A stretch of DNA of 64,000 nt from positions 1,856,001 through 1,920,000 of the forward strand of contig OZ242374.1 of NCBI GenBank assembly GCA_965209055.1. The letters are read 5' to 3'. Positions 37,987 to 47,861 of this stretch are shown here, piece after piece. Each line of letters begins with the position of its first letter. Positions within the stretch are counted from its first letter, which is position 1. The stretch is from Acidobacteriota bacterium. GTDB lineage: Bacteria > Acidobacteriota > UBA6911 > RPQK01 > JAJDTT01. Under the pieces are notes generated by a model that searched no databases, had not been told where the DNA came from, and saw nothing but the letters and a program-made list of their open reading frames with translations. The translations under genes and the position numbers were made by a program.

Positions 37987-38364
37987 ATGTTGACCGAACT
38001 TGCCCAGTGGTTCACCCCGGCTCTTGCCCAGTGGTTCACCCCTGCCATCGTGATATTGGGGTTCCTTTTCACGGCCCGAACGATTCGCAACCAGCGCGTG
38101 GATATGGAGTCCCGGATGGACCGGTTGGAGACTCGCTTGACCGGGAGAATCGACGAAGTCGAGACTCGCTTGACTGGGAGAATCGACCAAGTCGAGACCC
38201 GCTTGACTGAGAGAATGGATGGCGTGGAGACTCGCTTGACCGTGAGGATCGACGGCTTGGAGTCCCGGTACAGCGACCTGCGGGACCGCATGGGACGGAT
38301 CGACGGAACTCTCGACCTGCTGCGGAAGTCTTTCGCCGGGAGCGGACCCGGCACCGCAGCGTGA
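37987..38364 (+). CDS. small N-terminally anchored coiled-coil protein, copy 2 (125 aa, four 11-aa repeats)
   Basis: LAQWFTPA x2, TM helix, (ETRLTGRIDEV)-like x4. Confidence 0.75.
   Translation: MLTELAQWFTPALAQWFTPAIVILGFLFTARTIRNQRVDMESRMDRLETRLTGRIDEVETRLTGRIDQVETRLTERMDGVETRLTVRIDGLESRYSDLRDRMGRIDGTLDLLRKSFAGSGPGTAA
38128..38259 (+). repeat. 4 x 33-bp in-frame tandem repeat
   Basis: Units like GAGACTCGCTTGACCGGGAGAATCGACGAAGTC start at 38128, 38161, 38194 and 38227. Confidence 0.88.
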
Positions 38365-38429
38365 CCCTTCTTCCTTTTCCCCGGCAATCAGCCACTCTGA
38401 CAGGTGTCGGATCCGACGCAGCCGTTGAG

Positions 38430-39692
38430 TCATACCGATTCGTAAGCTCGATCCAGCAGCTCGACCGTGTGGAGCACAGGTAGCGTACTGTTCAGGCGCC
38501 GCAGGTGGCTTTCGATCTGCATCAGGCAGCCGACGTTCCCGGCGGCCACGGCATCCGGCTGGACTCGCTCTATGACGGCCGCCTTGTTTGCGCCCAAGCG
38601 GTTTGCGATCTCCGGCTGTTCCAGATTGTAGGTCCCCGCGGAGCCGCAGCAGGTTTCGCCGTCCATCAGCTCCATCAGGGTAAGATTCGGAATCCGTCCC
38701 AGGAGCTTTCGCGGTGCCGACCGGATACCCTGCGCGTGGGCCAGGTGGCAGGCATCGTGATAGGCGACCTTCATGGCCGACGGCAGCGGCGGAGGTTCCC
38801 GTTCCAAGCCCAGATTGTCCAGGAACTCGCTGACGTCCTGGACCCGAGTTGAAAAGCGGCGGGCCTTCTCCTCCCGCCCATCCCCCCGGAAAAGGAGCGG
38901 ATACTCCTTGATGCCGGAACCGCAGCCGGCGGCGTTGGTGATGACGGCGTCCACGTCGTTGGGAATGGCGTCGAAGTTGCGGACCGCCAGGCGCCGGGCG
39001 TGGTCGGCGTCCCCGGTGTGCAGCGCCAGGGCGCCGCAGCACCCCTGTTTGGCCGGGACGATCACCTCGACGCCGTTTCGAGCCAGAACCCGCAGCGTTG
39101 CCCAGTTGATGTCCGGCGACAGCACCTGCTGCACGCACCCCGACAACAGAGCAACACGAGCCCTGCGGCTTCCGAGGGCGGGATAGACGGACGGCAGGGA
39201 AGCAGACGACGGCAGTTTCCGGGGCAGCAACTCCAACATGGCCGCCATCCGCTCCGGCAGCATCCCGGTGAACGGCCGTGCCAGTCGGCCCAGAGCCGCG
39301 GCGGCCCGGAACCGCCGTGGATAGGGCAGCAGGAGCCGAAAGCCGAGGCGGGTGAGACGATCCAGCAGCGTTCCCTTGACCTGGTTTCGGGCCAGCGCCC
39401 GAAAGGGGGTTAGCAGTTCACCGTACTCGACGCCCGAGGGGCAGGCGGTGACGCACGCCATGCAACCGAGGCACTTGTCCACGTAGGGGAGGCCTGCCTC
39501 GATTTCGAGGCTCCCCTCCAGCATTTCCTTCATGAGCAGGATGCGGCCGCGGGGAGAGTCCATCTCCTGTCCCAGGTCCTTGTAAGTGGGACAGACGGGC
39601 AGGCAGAAGCCGCAGTGCACGCACGTCTTCACCTGGTGGGCCATGGCATCGCCCTGCGGTCCGAACCGTTCCGGCTCAATGCTGTGTTGCAC
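38430..39692 (-). CDS. glcF: glycolate oxidase iron-sulfur subunit
   Basis: CVHCGFCLPVCPTY, DSPRGRI, CLGCMACVTACPSGV, GCCGA, YHDACHLAHAQG, CCGSAGTYN. Confidence 0.93.
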   Translation of the reverse strand: MQHSIEPERFGPQGDAMAHQVKTCVHCGFCLPVCPTYKDLGQEMDSPRGRILLMKEMLEGSLEIEAGLPYVDKCLGCMACVTACPSGVEYGELLTPFRALARNQVKGTLLDRLTRLGFRLLLPYPRRFRAAAALGRLARPFTGMLPERMAAMLELLPRKLPSSASLPSVYPALGSRRARVALLSGCVQQVLSPDINWATLRVLARNGVEVIVPAKQGCCGALALHTGDADHARRLAVRNFDAIPNDVDAVITNAAGCGSGIKEYPLLFRGDGREEKARRFSTRVQDVSEFLDNLGLEREPPPLPSAMKVAYHDACHLAHAQGIRSAPRKLLGRIPNLTLMELMDGETCCGSAGTYNLEQPEIANRLGANKAAVIERVQPDAVAAGNVGCLMQIESHLRRLNSTLPVLHTVELLDRAYESV

Positions 39693-42191
39693 CTATGCCT
39701 CCGAAAAACGCCCGTCCGGATCGAGCGCGTCCTGAATCCTCTTGGAGAAGACCCGGTCCTGGGTACGGCCCGGGCGGGCCGTGTCTCCGTTTCCCCGGAT
39801 CACGAGTCCCGTGAGATCCAAATGGCCCAACGCCCGGTCCACGGGGTCCATTGGACCCGGCCAAGCCAGCCAAGCCAAGCTCCCGCCGGCACAGTAGCGC
39901 GTCCGGCAAGGAATGGACCTCAGGTTCTCTTCCAACTCGGCGATCCGGCCCGTGGTCATGGGCACCTTCATCAGGTTCCAATCGGGAGGCGCCCAGTCAA
40001 ATTCCCGGTCCGCATCCCAGTGGTCACGTTCCTCCTGCCCCTGCAGTTGGGCGCCGTGACCCACCAACTCTCGAACCCGTTCCAACCGGGCGCCGACCGA
40101 CTCCCTCCGGCCTCCCACCCGCACCAACAGCCGCCCGGGAGGCTCCAGGTCAACGGCCGCCAGATCCAGAGGAGCGGCCCGCAGGCGCCGTATGGCCTCC
40201 AGCGCCTCCGGGAGGCTCGGCAGCGACGCCTCCAAGGTCAACCAGCGCCGCGCGAGAGGAAAGACCTTGAACGTCATTTCCACCAGAACTCCCAGTCGTC
40301 CCAGACTGCCGACCATGAGCTTGGGAAGATCGAAGCCGGCGGCGTTCTTGACCACGCGGCTGCCGCCTCGCACCAGCTCGGCGCGGCCGCTGACGAAACG
40401 GATTCCCAGGAGAAAATCCCGGATGCCGCCGTAGCGGTAACGCCCCGAGCCGCCGGTCCCCGCCGCCACCGTCCCGCCGAGTGTGGCTCCGGCCCGCACC
40501 AACACCGGATCGAAGGGCAGGTACTGTCCTTCTCGAGCCAATCGCTCCCGGACCTGGGCCACCGGGGTCCCCGCCAGAGCCGTAAAGGTGTACTCCTCCG
40601 GTTCGTACTCCACAATGCCGGACAAGCCGCTCAACTCCAGAGAGGCAATTCCCGCGGACGGCCGGGAGAGAGCCGGCTTGGTGCCGCCGCCGCGCGGCCG
40701 GATGCGCGCGTGATCCGCGACGGCCTGCTGCACCTCACGGAACGACCCGGGCCGCAACGTCGCCCCAGCACCATTGCCCGAACGCGTGATCTCGGACGCG
40801 GACACCCGCCCATGCCCGTTCTCGTCGGGGAACATCTTGCGCCGGTTGGCGATTTCCAGCGGATCGATGGACCGCCGCATCCGCTTCATGACCTCCATAT
40901 CGGTCGGTGCGAACATGTGGGCCAGGTATTCGCGCTTCTCCATGCCCACTCCGTGCTCTCCGGTGATGGAGCCGCCCCTGCGAATACACATCTGCAGGAT
41001 GTCACCGGCCAGTTCCTCCGCCTTCTCCAATGCTCCCGCCTCGGTGCCGTCGAACAGGATCAGGGGATGGAGATTGCCGTCTCCGGCGTGAAAGACGTTG
41101 GCCACCCGGATCCCATGCTTCCGTCCCAGCATCTCGATTTCAGCCAGGGCCGAGCCCAGTTGCTTCCGGGGGACCACCCCGTCCTGGACGATGTAGTCGG
41201 GGCTGAGCCGTCCCACCGCCGAGAACGCGCTCTTGCGTCCCTTCCAGATCCGCAATCGTTCTCCCTCGTCCCGGGCGACGCGGATCTCGAAGGCGCCGGA
41301 AGCGCGAATCACCGGCTCCAGGAGCTGGAACTCGGCCTCCACCTCGGCGGCTTCTCCTTCCAGTTCCACGATGAGAAGGGCGGTGGCCTCCTGCGGGTAA
41401 CCGGCGTGGACGGCGGCCTCCGCCGCTTCGATGGCCAGATGGTCCATGATCTCCATGGCGCCCGGAAGGAGTCCCGTGGCCACCACCCGGGCCACGGCGT
41501 CACCGGCAGCTTCCAGGCTGTTGTAGGCGGCGAGGATCGTCTTGTACGACTCGGGCTTGGGGATGAGCCGGACCGTGATCTCCAGAGCGATGCCGAAGAG
41601 CCCCTCCGAACCCACGAAGAACCCGGTGAGGTCCGGTCCCACCCCCTCCAGGCTCTTGCTCCCCAGCTCCACCACGGCGCCGTCAGGCAGCACCGCCTTC
41701 AGCCCCAGGACATGGTTGCTGGTCATGCCGTGGCGGAGGCAATGGGCGCCGCCCGAGTTGAAGGCCACGTTCCCGCCGATGGTGCAGATGGATTGGCTCG
41801 AGGGGTCGGGAGCGTAGTAGAGCCCGTGGGGAGCGCCCAGCGCGCTCAGGTCCAGGTTGATGACTCCCGGCTCCACCACGGCGCACCGCTCCGCCGGGTC
41901 CAGCTCCAGGACCCGGTTCAGGCGGTTGAGTCCGATGATGATGCCCTCCCGGATCGGCAGCGATCCCCCCGAGAGGCTGGTGCCGCTGCCTCGCGCCACG
42001 AAGGGCAGGTTCTCCCGGTGGCAGAGGCGGACCGTCTCGATCACTTCCTCCTGCGACTCGGCCAGGACCACGGCCAACGGCCGCTCCCGAAACGCCGTCA
42101 GCGCATCCGACTCATAGGGGGCCACCTGGGCCGGACCCGAGAGGACCCGCTCCGGGGGATAGATGGTATTCAGGGCGCCTAAGGACCGCAT
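39693..42191 (-). CDS. glcD: glycolate oxidase GlcD-GlcE fusion (FAD-linked oxidase)
   Basis: N-half [34 protein letters not shown] (GlcD); C-half [34 protein letters not shown] (GlcE); one open frame. Confidence 0.88.
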   Translation of the reverse strand: MRSLGALNTIYPPERVLSGPAQVAPYESDALTAFRERPLAVVLAESQEEVIETVRLCHRENLPFVARGSGTSLSGGSLPIREGIIIGLNRLNRVLELDPAERCAVVEPGVINLDLSALGAPHGLYYAPDPSSQSICTIGGNVAFNSGGAHCLRHGMTSNHVLGLKAVLPDGAVVELGSKSLEGVGPDLTGFFVGSEGLFGIALEITVRLIPKPESYKTILAAYNSLEAAGDAVARVVATGLLPGAMEIMDHLAIEAAEAAVHAGYPQEATALLIVELEGEAAEVEAEFQLLEPVIRASGAFEIRVARDEGERLRIWKGRKSAFSAVGRLSPDYIVQDGVVPRKQLGSALAEIEMLGRKHGIRVANVFHAGDGNLHPLILFDGTEAGALEKAEELAGDILQMCIRRGGSITGEHGVGMEKREYLAHMFAPTDMEVMKRMRRSIDPLEIANRRKMFPDENGHGRVSASEITRSGNGAGATLRPGSFREVQQAVADHARIRPRGGGTKPALSRPSAGIASLELSGLSGIVEYEPEEYTFTALAGTPVAQVRERLAREGQYLPFDPVLVRAGATLGGTVAAGTGGSGRYRYGGIRDFLLGIRFVSGRAELVRGGSRVVKNAAGFDLPKLMVGSLGRLGVLVEMTFKVFPLARRWLTLEASLPSLPEALEAIRRLRAAPLDLAAVDLEPPGRLLVRVGGRRESVGARLERVRELVGHGAQLQGQEERDHWDADREFDWAPPDWNLMKVPMTTGRIAELEENLRSIPCRTRYCAGGSLAWLAWPGPMDPVDRALGHLDLTGLVIRGNGDTARPGRTQDRVFSKRIQDALDPDGRFSEA

Positions 42192-42342
42192 TTCCCGGCG
42201 ACCAGTCTACTACGCCGTCTCCGGGATGGGCCACAGGCGGCGATTGCACGCTCGTCGTTTTCGATCCGGCGGCGTTGAAGTAGAGGCAGGTCTCAACAGA
42301 GCAGGAACGGAGAAAGCGGGAATCATGGAACAGGAGGTCCGA

Positions 42343-42636
42343 ATGGACGTCAGGGAAGCGGTGGAAAAGGCGCGGCACTGCGTTGCGGAATTCTTTGCCG
42401 GGGAAGATATCAGTCACGTGGGTGTCGAAGAGGTGGTCTTCGACGGCGAGAATAGCGTCTGGAAGGTGACCATCGGATTCTTCCGGTCCTGGAATCGATT
42501 GGACGGCCTCCCGGCATCCATGTACTGCGCTTGGGACGAGCGTTCCTACAAAGTGGTTCTCATCGACGATCCCACCGGGGACGTCGGCTCCATGATCCAT
42601 TGCACGTTCACCAACATGGGCGTCAAGGCCGATTGA
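42343..42636 (+). CDS. small conserved-looking hypothetical protein
   Basis: RBS AGGAGG before ATG; MDVREAV...GVEEVVFD...WKVTIGF...RSYKVV has an alpha/beta (PepSY-like) pattern. Confidence 0.6.
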   Translation: MDVREAVEKARHCVAEFFAGEDISHVGVEEVVFDGENSVWKVTIGFFRSWNRLDGLPASMYCAWDERSYKVVLIDDPTGDVGSMIHCTFTNMGVKAD

Positions 42637-42774
42637 CCCGGCGTGTTCCGGCGGTCCTGGAGCACGCCGCCAAGCCGTCCGTATCCGGTCTTCTTCCGAA
42701 CGGGACGGTCTCGGTTGGGTGAATTCCCATGATAGACTGCGAGTTGCATCAAGTTCTCATCGCATTGGAGTGAC

Positions 42775-43041
42775 ATGAGCATCAACAAATACCTTGAGAA
42801 AAAGGACTTCGATGCTCAGATGAATGTAATCGACGGGCGATTCAAGCACCTGGAAACGAGGTTCGACACGCTTGAAACTCGAATGGACGGACTTGAATCC
42901 GGACTCATCCGCCTTGAAACCGAGTTCAAGACCGGGATGAAGCATGTGGCCACGAAGGCGTGGGTCCTCGGCGGGCTCGCCGGAGGCATGGGAATCGCGG
43001 CCACGATAGCCGCGGTCTTTGTGAAGCTTTTTGCTGTGTGA
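42775..43041 (+). CDS. small coiled-coil protein with C-terminal TM anchor
   Basis: RBS GGAG; heptads LETRFDT-LETRMDG-LESGLIR-LETEF, then ATKAWVLGG...hydrophobic tail. Confidence 0.65.
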   Translation: MSINKYLEKKDFDAQMNVIDGRFKHLETRFDTLETRMDGLESGLIRLETEFKTGMKHVATKAWVLGGLAGGMGIAATIAAVFVKLFAV

Positions 43042-43086
43042 CGGGATTCCGATCGTATCGACCGGTTAATCCCCCTGCGCCGACGG

Positions 43087-43115
43087 TTGACCGCCCCGCC
43101 GGACCTCCCGATAAT
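43087..43115 (+). promoter_or_regulatory. putative sigma70 promoter
   Basis: TTGACC-N17-GATAAT about 190 nt upstream of the TPP enzyme gene. Confidence 0.55.
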
Positions 43116-43301
43116 GTCCCCGATGGGTGCGGCGCCGCGATGGTGCGTCCATCCTTGGCCACCGGGGACACTTCATGCGGGTTGGGGCCGCACTCCTGAT
43201 CAGCTCGATTTCCTTCGCGACTCCCATGCTCCGCTCCCATGGTCCATCCCCGGCGCGCTTGGTTCTTGCCGCGGACCGTCACGAAAAGGAGAAGATTGTC
43301 A

Positions 43302-44975
43302 ATGAACGGTAACTCCGTGATCGCCAGGATACTGAAGCTGGAAGGGGTGGAATGGATCGCCGCCTTTCCCGAACAGAAACTCATCGACGCCGTGGCCAAG
43401 GAGGGCATCCGTCCCATCATCACCCGGCAGGAGCGGGCCGGCGTCAACATGGCCGATGGATTCAGCCGCATCCGCAACGGGAACCAGGTCGGCATCTTCA
43501 CCATGCAGCGGGGTCCCGGCGCCGAGAACGCCTATGGCGGCGTGGCCCAGGCCTTCGCCGACTCGGTGCCCATTCTCCTGTTCCCGGGAGGGGCGCCCCG
43601 GCGGCGGATGCAGGTCCATCCCGACTTCGCCTCCTGCGATCAGTACCACGGGGTCACCAAGTACACCCGAAACTGCAACCTGGTGGAGCGGCTTCCCGAG
43701 ATGTTGCGCTACGCCTTCACTCTGCTCAAGCACGGACGCCCCGGGCCGGTTCTGCTGGAGATCCCCGACGACGTGGGGACCGAGGAGTACCCGGGCGAGC
43801 TCGACTACACGCCGGTTCGCAAGCACCGCTCCGCGGCGGACCCGGATGAGGTCCGGGACCTGGTCCGGGCCATGCTGGCCGCCGATTGTCCCGTCATCAA
43901 CGCCGGTCAGGGGGCGCTCTACGCCGAAGCCACGCCCGAGCTGGTGGAGCTGGCGGAGCTGATCCACATCCCGGTGCTCACCTCCCTGGCGGGGAAGAGC
44001 GCCTTCCCCGAGAACCATCCCCTGGCCCTGGGAACCGCGGGCCACAGCAGCACCCTCATGGTCGACCACTTTCTCCGCAAGACCGACTTCATCCTGGGCG
44101 CCGGAACCAGCTTCACCCACTCGGTCTTCAACGGTCCCGTCCCGGTAGGCGTCCCCTTGGCCCAGCTCACCAACTGTCCCGAGGACCTGAACAAGGATCA
44201 CGCCGTCGACTACGGCGCCATCGGCGATGCCAAGGTCGTTCTGCGGCAGATCATTCAGGAGGTCGAGCGCCAGATCGGCGCCGGCGGCCGGCCGGACGAG
44301 CAGGGGGTGGCGGCGGAAATCGCCCGGGTCCGGGCGGATTTCGAGGCCGAATGGCGCCCCCACTTCGAGTCGGACGAGGTCCCCATCAGTCCCTACCGCG
44401 TCTTCCGGGAGGTGATCCGCGCCGTGGACCCGGCCAACGCCATCGCCACCCATGATTCGGGCTTTCCCCGGGACCAGTTGGTCCCCTTCTGGCCGGCCGT
44501 CGCTCCCCGGGGCTACATCGGATGGGGCAAGTCCACCCAGTTGGGCTACGGCCTGGGCCTGGCCCTGGGAGCCAAGATGGCGGCGCCCGAAAAGGACGTG
44601 ATCCACATCATGGGGGACGCCGCCTTCGGAATGGCGGGGCTGGACCTGGAGACGGCCGCCCGCAACCGGATCGCGACGCTTCACATCGTCCTGAACAACG
44701 GCGTCATGACCCACTATTCCAGCCACATGCCCTATGCCACCAAGCACTGGGGCAGCAACGCCTTCAGCGGCGAGTACGCGCAGGTTGTGCGCGGATTGGG
44801 GGTCCATGCCGAACGCGTGGACACGCCCGACGGCCTGGCCCCCGCCATCCGCAAGGCTCTGGAGGTGACCCGCGGCGGAGAGCCGGCCTTCATAGAGACC
44901 ATCACCAAGGAAGAGGAACACATCCCCAGGTTCTGGGCTCCCGGCACCTGGGACTATCCCATGGGAGGGGAGTGA
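43302..44975 (+). CDS. thiamine pyrophosphate-requiring enzyme
   Basis: RQERAGVNMADGFSR, GPGAENA, GRPGPVLLEIP, MGDAAFGM...LNNG; RBS AAGGAG. Confidence 0.88.
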   Translation: MNGNSVIARILKLEGVEWIAAFPEQKLIDAVAKEGIRPIITRQERAGVNMADGFSRIRNGNQVGIFTMQRGPGAENAYGGVAQAFADSVPILLFPGGAPRRRMQVHPDFASCDQYHGVTKYTRNCNLVERLPEMLRYAFTLLKHGRPGPVLLEIPDDVGTEEYPGELDYTPVRKHRSAADPDEVRDLVRAMLAADCPVINAGQGALYAEATPELVELAELIHIPVLTSLAGKSAFPENHPLALGTAGHSSTLMVDHFLRKTDFILGAGTSFTHSVFNGPVPVGVPLAQLTNCPEDLNKDHAVDYGAIGDAKVVLRQIIQEVERQIGAGGRPDEQGVAAEIARVRADFEAEWRPHFESDEVPISPYRVFREVIRAVDPANAIATHDSGFPRDQLVPFWPAVAPRGYIGWGKSTQLGYGLGLALGAKMAAPEKDVIHIMGDAAFGMAGLDLETAARNRIATLHIVLNNGVMTHYSSHMPYATKHWGSNAFSGEYAQVVRGLGVHAERVDTPDGLAPAIRKALEVTRGGEPAFIETITKEEEHIPRFWAPGTWDYPMGGE

Positions 44976-44981
44976 GATCAC

Positions 44982-46475
44982 ATGCAAACGAGAATCGGCA
45001 CCACGGCAGCCGCCCTCTGGCTCCTGGCGGTCCAGGTCCAGGCGGGACTGATCCACATCGGGTCGCAGAAGCAGTTCTTCATCGACGATTATCTGATCGA
45101 GAGCATGCTGGCCACCCGCCAGGTCCTGAATCCCGCCCGGAAGGTTGACCACAACCCCATTATCCGTCCCGAGAAGCCCTGGGAGGGCAACGACGTCCGG
45201 GTCAGCAAGGTGATCTACGAGGAGGAAGAGGGCCTCTTCCGGATGTGGTACATCGTGAATTCCTACAAGGTCAGCCGGGACCAGGGGGAGTTCGTCGTCG
45301 AATCAGCCGGCGGCAATATCTGCATCGCCGTTTCCAAGGACGGTTTCCACTGGGAGAAGCCCAACCTGGGCAAGGTGGAATACCAGGGCTCCCGTGAGAA
45401 CAACATCCTCCCCCGGGAGCAGTTCCGGCCCTACTTTTTCAAGGACCGGCACGAGAAGGATCCGGCCAAGCGATACAAGGGGTTCGAGCGGGAGGGGTCC
45501 ACCCGGACGCCGGGGATGCAATTTTACCTCTACTATTCCCCCGACGGCTTCGAGTGGACGGAATACGAGAACAACCCCGTCATCGACACCTCACCCCGGG
45601 TGGGACGCTGGGGACCCACCGTCTTCATGGGTTGGGACCCCATCCGCAAGACCTACGCCGTGCACATGGAAAACTGCGCCCATCTTCGTTGTCCCCTGGG
45701 AAAGCGGCTCATCGGCCGGGCGGAAAGCCCCGACATGATTCACTGGAGCCAGCCCGAGACGATTATCCTCCCGGACGAAGAGGACTATCCGGACCTCCAG
45801 TTCTACCACATGCCGGTGGTCGTCTATGAGGGGATGTACGTGGGAATGCTCTGGAACTTCCGGACCACCAACACCAGCATCCTGCCCCAGGCGGTCTTCA
45901 GCCGCGACGGCATCCACTACAACCGGGATTACCGGGAGCCCTTCATACCGCCCGGACCCGGCAACAGTTTCGACTCGGCCGTGGTCTATTCGCAGGACCC
46001 TCAGGTCCACGAGGGGCGCCTCCTCAACTACTACACTGGAGTGAACTGGCGATCACCGGAGATGCTGTTCAATCTGAAGGACAAGGCCCTGGGAGCCATT
46101 GGTCTGGCCGTGACTCCGCCGGACGGGTTCGTCTCCCTGGACGGCGTTCACGGACACGAGCGCCAGCGCTATCCCTTCAGCGAGGTGGTGACGCGTTCCT
46201 TCACCTTCGAGGGAGACCGCCTCCATCTCAACGTGCGGTCGGCTCTGCGGCAGTGGGGAGCCGGTCCCTGCGAGGTGCGGGCGGAGATTGTGGGAGGCGA
46301 CCACCACGCCATCGAGGGCTACGGCTTCGACGATGCGGATCCCATCACCACCACCGGCGTGGCCCACGTCGCGTCCTGGAATGGGAAGAGCGACCTCAGT
46401 GGATTGCGGGACAGGCCCATCAAGCTGCGGATCTACTTCAAGAACGCCAAGCTCTACTCGTTCCAGTTCAAGTAG
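44982..46475 (+). CDS. secreted glycoside-hydrolase-like five-bladed beta-propeller protein
   Basis: Signal peptide; KQFFIDD, PEKPWEG, AVSKDGFHWEKP, SPDGFEW, SPDMIHW and SRDGIHY blade motifs. Confidence 0.62.
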   Translation: MQTRIGTTAAALWLLAVQVQAGLIHIGSQKQFFIDDYLIESMLATRQVLNPARKVDHNPIIRPEKPWEGNDVRVSKVIYEEEEGLFRMWYIVNSYKVSRDQGEFVVESAGGNICIAVSKDGFHWEKPNLGKVEYQGSRENNILPREQFRPYFFKDRHEKDPAKRYKGFEREGSTRTPGMQFYLYYSPDGFEWTEYENNPVIDTSPRVGRWGPTVFMGWDPIRKTYAVHMENCAHLRCPLGKRLIGRAESPDMIHWSQPETIILPDEEDYPDLQFYHMPVVVYEGMYVGMLWNFRTTNTSILPQAVFSRDGIHYNRDYREPFIPPGPGNSFDSAVVYSQDPQVHEGRLLNYYTGVNWRSPEMLFNLKDKALGAIGLAVTPPDGFVSLDGVHGHERQRYPFSEVVTRSFTFEGDRLHLNVRSALRQWGAGPCEVRAEIVGGDHHAIEGYGFDDADPITTTGVAHVASWNGKSDLSGLRDRPIKLRIYFKNAKLYSFQFK

Positions 46476-47861
46476 TCACCGGGTCCGGCCCGTCCCCTCC
46501 TCCAGGTGGGTCCGGCGCCGGAACTGCTCCTGGGCCAGTTCCGGCCGCCCCAACTGTTGGTAGGCCAGGCCCAACTGGTAGTAGGCCCCCGAAAAGTTGG
46601 GTTGGAGCCGGATGGCCCGCTGGAGTTGGACCACCGCGTCCTGGTGGCGTCCCAGGGAGTTGAAGATCCTTCCCCTCAGGTAGTAGAGATCCGCGTCCTG
46701 CGGGGAGATCCGCTCCGCCTTGTCCAGGGCCGCCAGGACCTGCCCGGGCGGCGCCCCCTCCTCGGCCAGGGATTGAGCCAGGAAGATATTGGCCATGGGG
46801 TAGCGCGGCTGTTGCCGTAGCAGTCTCCGCCAGGTCTGGGACGCCTTCGCCGCATCCCCGGCGGACCGGTAGGCCTGGGCCAGGAGCCGGAGGGCGTCTC
46901 CATGGTTGGGATGCCGGGAGGTCAGAAGCACCAGAACCCGGACCGCTTCCTCGGGGTCGCCGGCGGCCAGAAGTTGCCGGCTCAGCGATTGTCCGATCCC
47001 GGGCGCGCCGGGAAGCCGTTCCCACCCCCGCCTCAAGGCTTGGACGGCCGACCCCGCGTTTTCGGCCTGCTGATGGGCGCTGGCCAGGGAAAGGTAGTAG
47101 TCCTCGACCTGCGGAGAGTGCCGGATGGCCTGCTCCAGGAACTCCACCGCCTTGGCCTCGTTGCGCAGTATGGCGTAGCTCTTTCCGGCCAGAGCCGCCG
47201 CCTCTCCCCGGAGCCGGGAATCCAGGCCGGGAGTGACGGTGATGGAGGCGGCGGTGTCGATGGCGTCCTCCAGCGCACCGGCCCGGGCCAGGAGGCTGGC
47301 CAGGACAAGGTTCGTCTGGGGGTCCCGCAGACCGGTCTGTTGGGCACGGAGCAGCTCGGCCAGAGCGAGGTCGGTCTGCCGGCGGCCGTACAACCAGCGT
47401 CCCAGGTTGGCGTGCAGCTCGGTGTCATGGGGGAACCGGGCCGCGGCCGACCGCAGGTCCGCCTTGGCTCGATCCAGGTCCCCTTCCAGGACCGCCAACT
47501 GCACCAGGTCGATGGCATAGATGGCCCGGGCCGGGTGCTCCTTGCCGAGCGCCTCCAGGGTCGCCCGGCCTTGGCCATGCAGCTTCCGCCGTTCGTATTC
47601 CTCCAGGACAATGGTGTGCGCCGCGGCGGCCGTCGTTCCCTCCAGGACCCGGTGCAGGACGGCGGGCGCCCTCGCATCCGGCACGGTCCGGAAGAACTGT
47701 TGCAACCGTGCCAGGGCCTGCTGGCTCTGGGGGCCCTCCAGTTCGGAGAGCTGCGGCGGTTCCTGGAGAGGCGCTGCCGCGAAGGCGAACGCCGCCACCG
47801 TAACCAGCGACAGGAAAGCGGCAATCGAAGCCGCCGGGATCAGGATCAGAGCACGTTGCAT
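46476..47861 (-). CDS. exported tetratricopeptide repeat protein
   Basis: Hydrophobic N-terminus; repeated helical TPR units (LHANLG, LYYLRG, AYYQLG). Confidence 0.8.
   Translation of the reverse strand: MQRALILIPAASIAAFLSLVTVAAFAFAAAPLQEPPQLSELEGPQSQQALARLQQFFRTVPDARAPAVLHRVLEGTTAAAAHTIVLEEYERRKLHGQGRATLEALGKEHPARAIYAIDLVQLAVLEGDLDRAKADLRSAAARFPHDTELHANLGRWLYGRRQTDLALAELLRAQQTGLRDPQTNLVLASLLARAGALEDAIDTAASITVTPGLDSRLRGEAAALAGKSYAILRNEAKAVEFLEQAIRHSPQVEDYYLSLASAHQQAENAGSAVQALRRGWERLPGAPGIGQSLSRQLLAAGDPEEAVRVLVLLTSRHPNHGDALRLLAQAYRSAGDAAKASQTWRRLLRQQPRYPMANIFLAQSLAEEGAPPGQVLAALDKAERISPQDADLYYLRGRIFNSLGRHQDAVVQLQRAIRLQPNFSGAYYQLGLAYQQLGRPELAQEQFRRRTHLEEGTGRTR

Larger units (their letters stand above)
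37800..38623. repeat. diverged direct repeat, copy 2
   Basis: Homologous to 35642..36402, with two extra 33-bp units; includes the intact glcF 3' end. Confidence 0.88.

Noticed and set aside
38128-38259. 33-bp repeats as CRISPR or a diversity-generating retroelement template
   Set aside because: Contiguous in-frame coding repeats; no spacers, no adenine-specific variation, no reverse transcriptase in the window.
43170-43230. TPP riboswitch (CCTGATC word) upstream of the TPP enzyme
   Set aside because: Lacks the GCTGAGA and TAATxCCxGCG elements.
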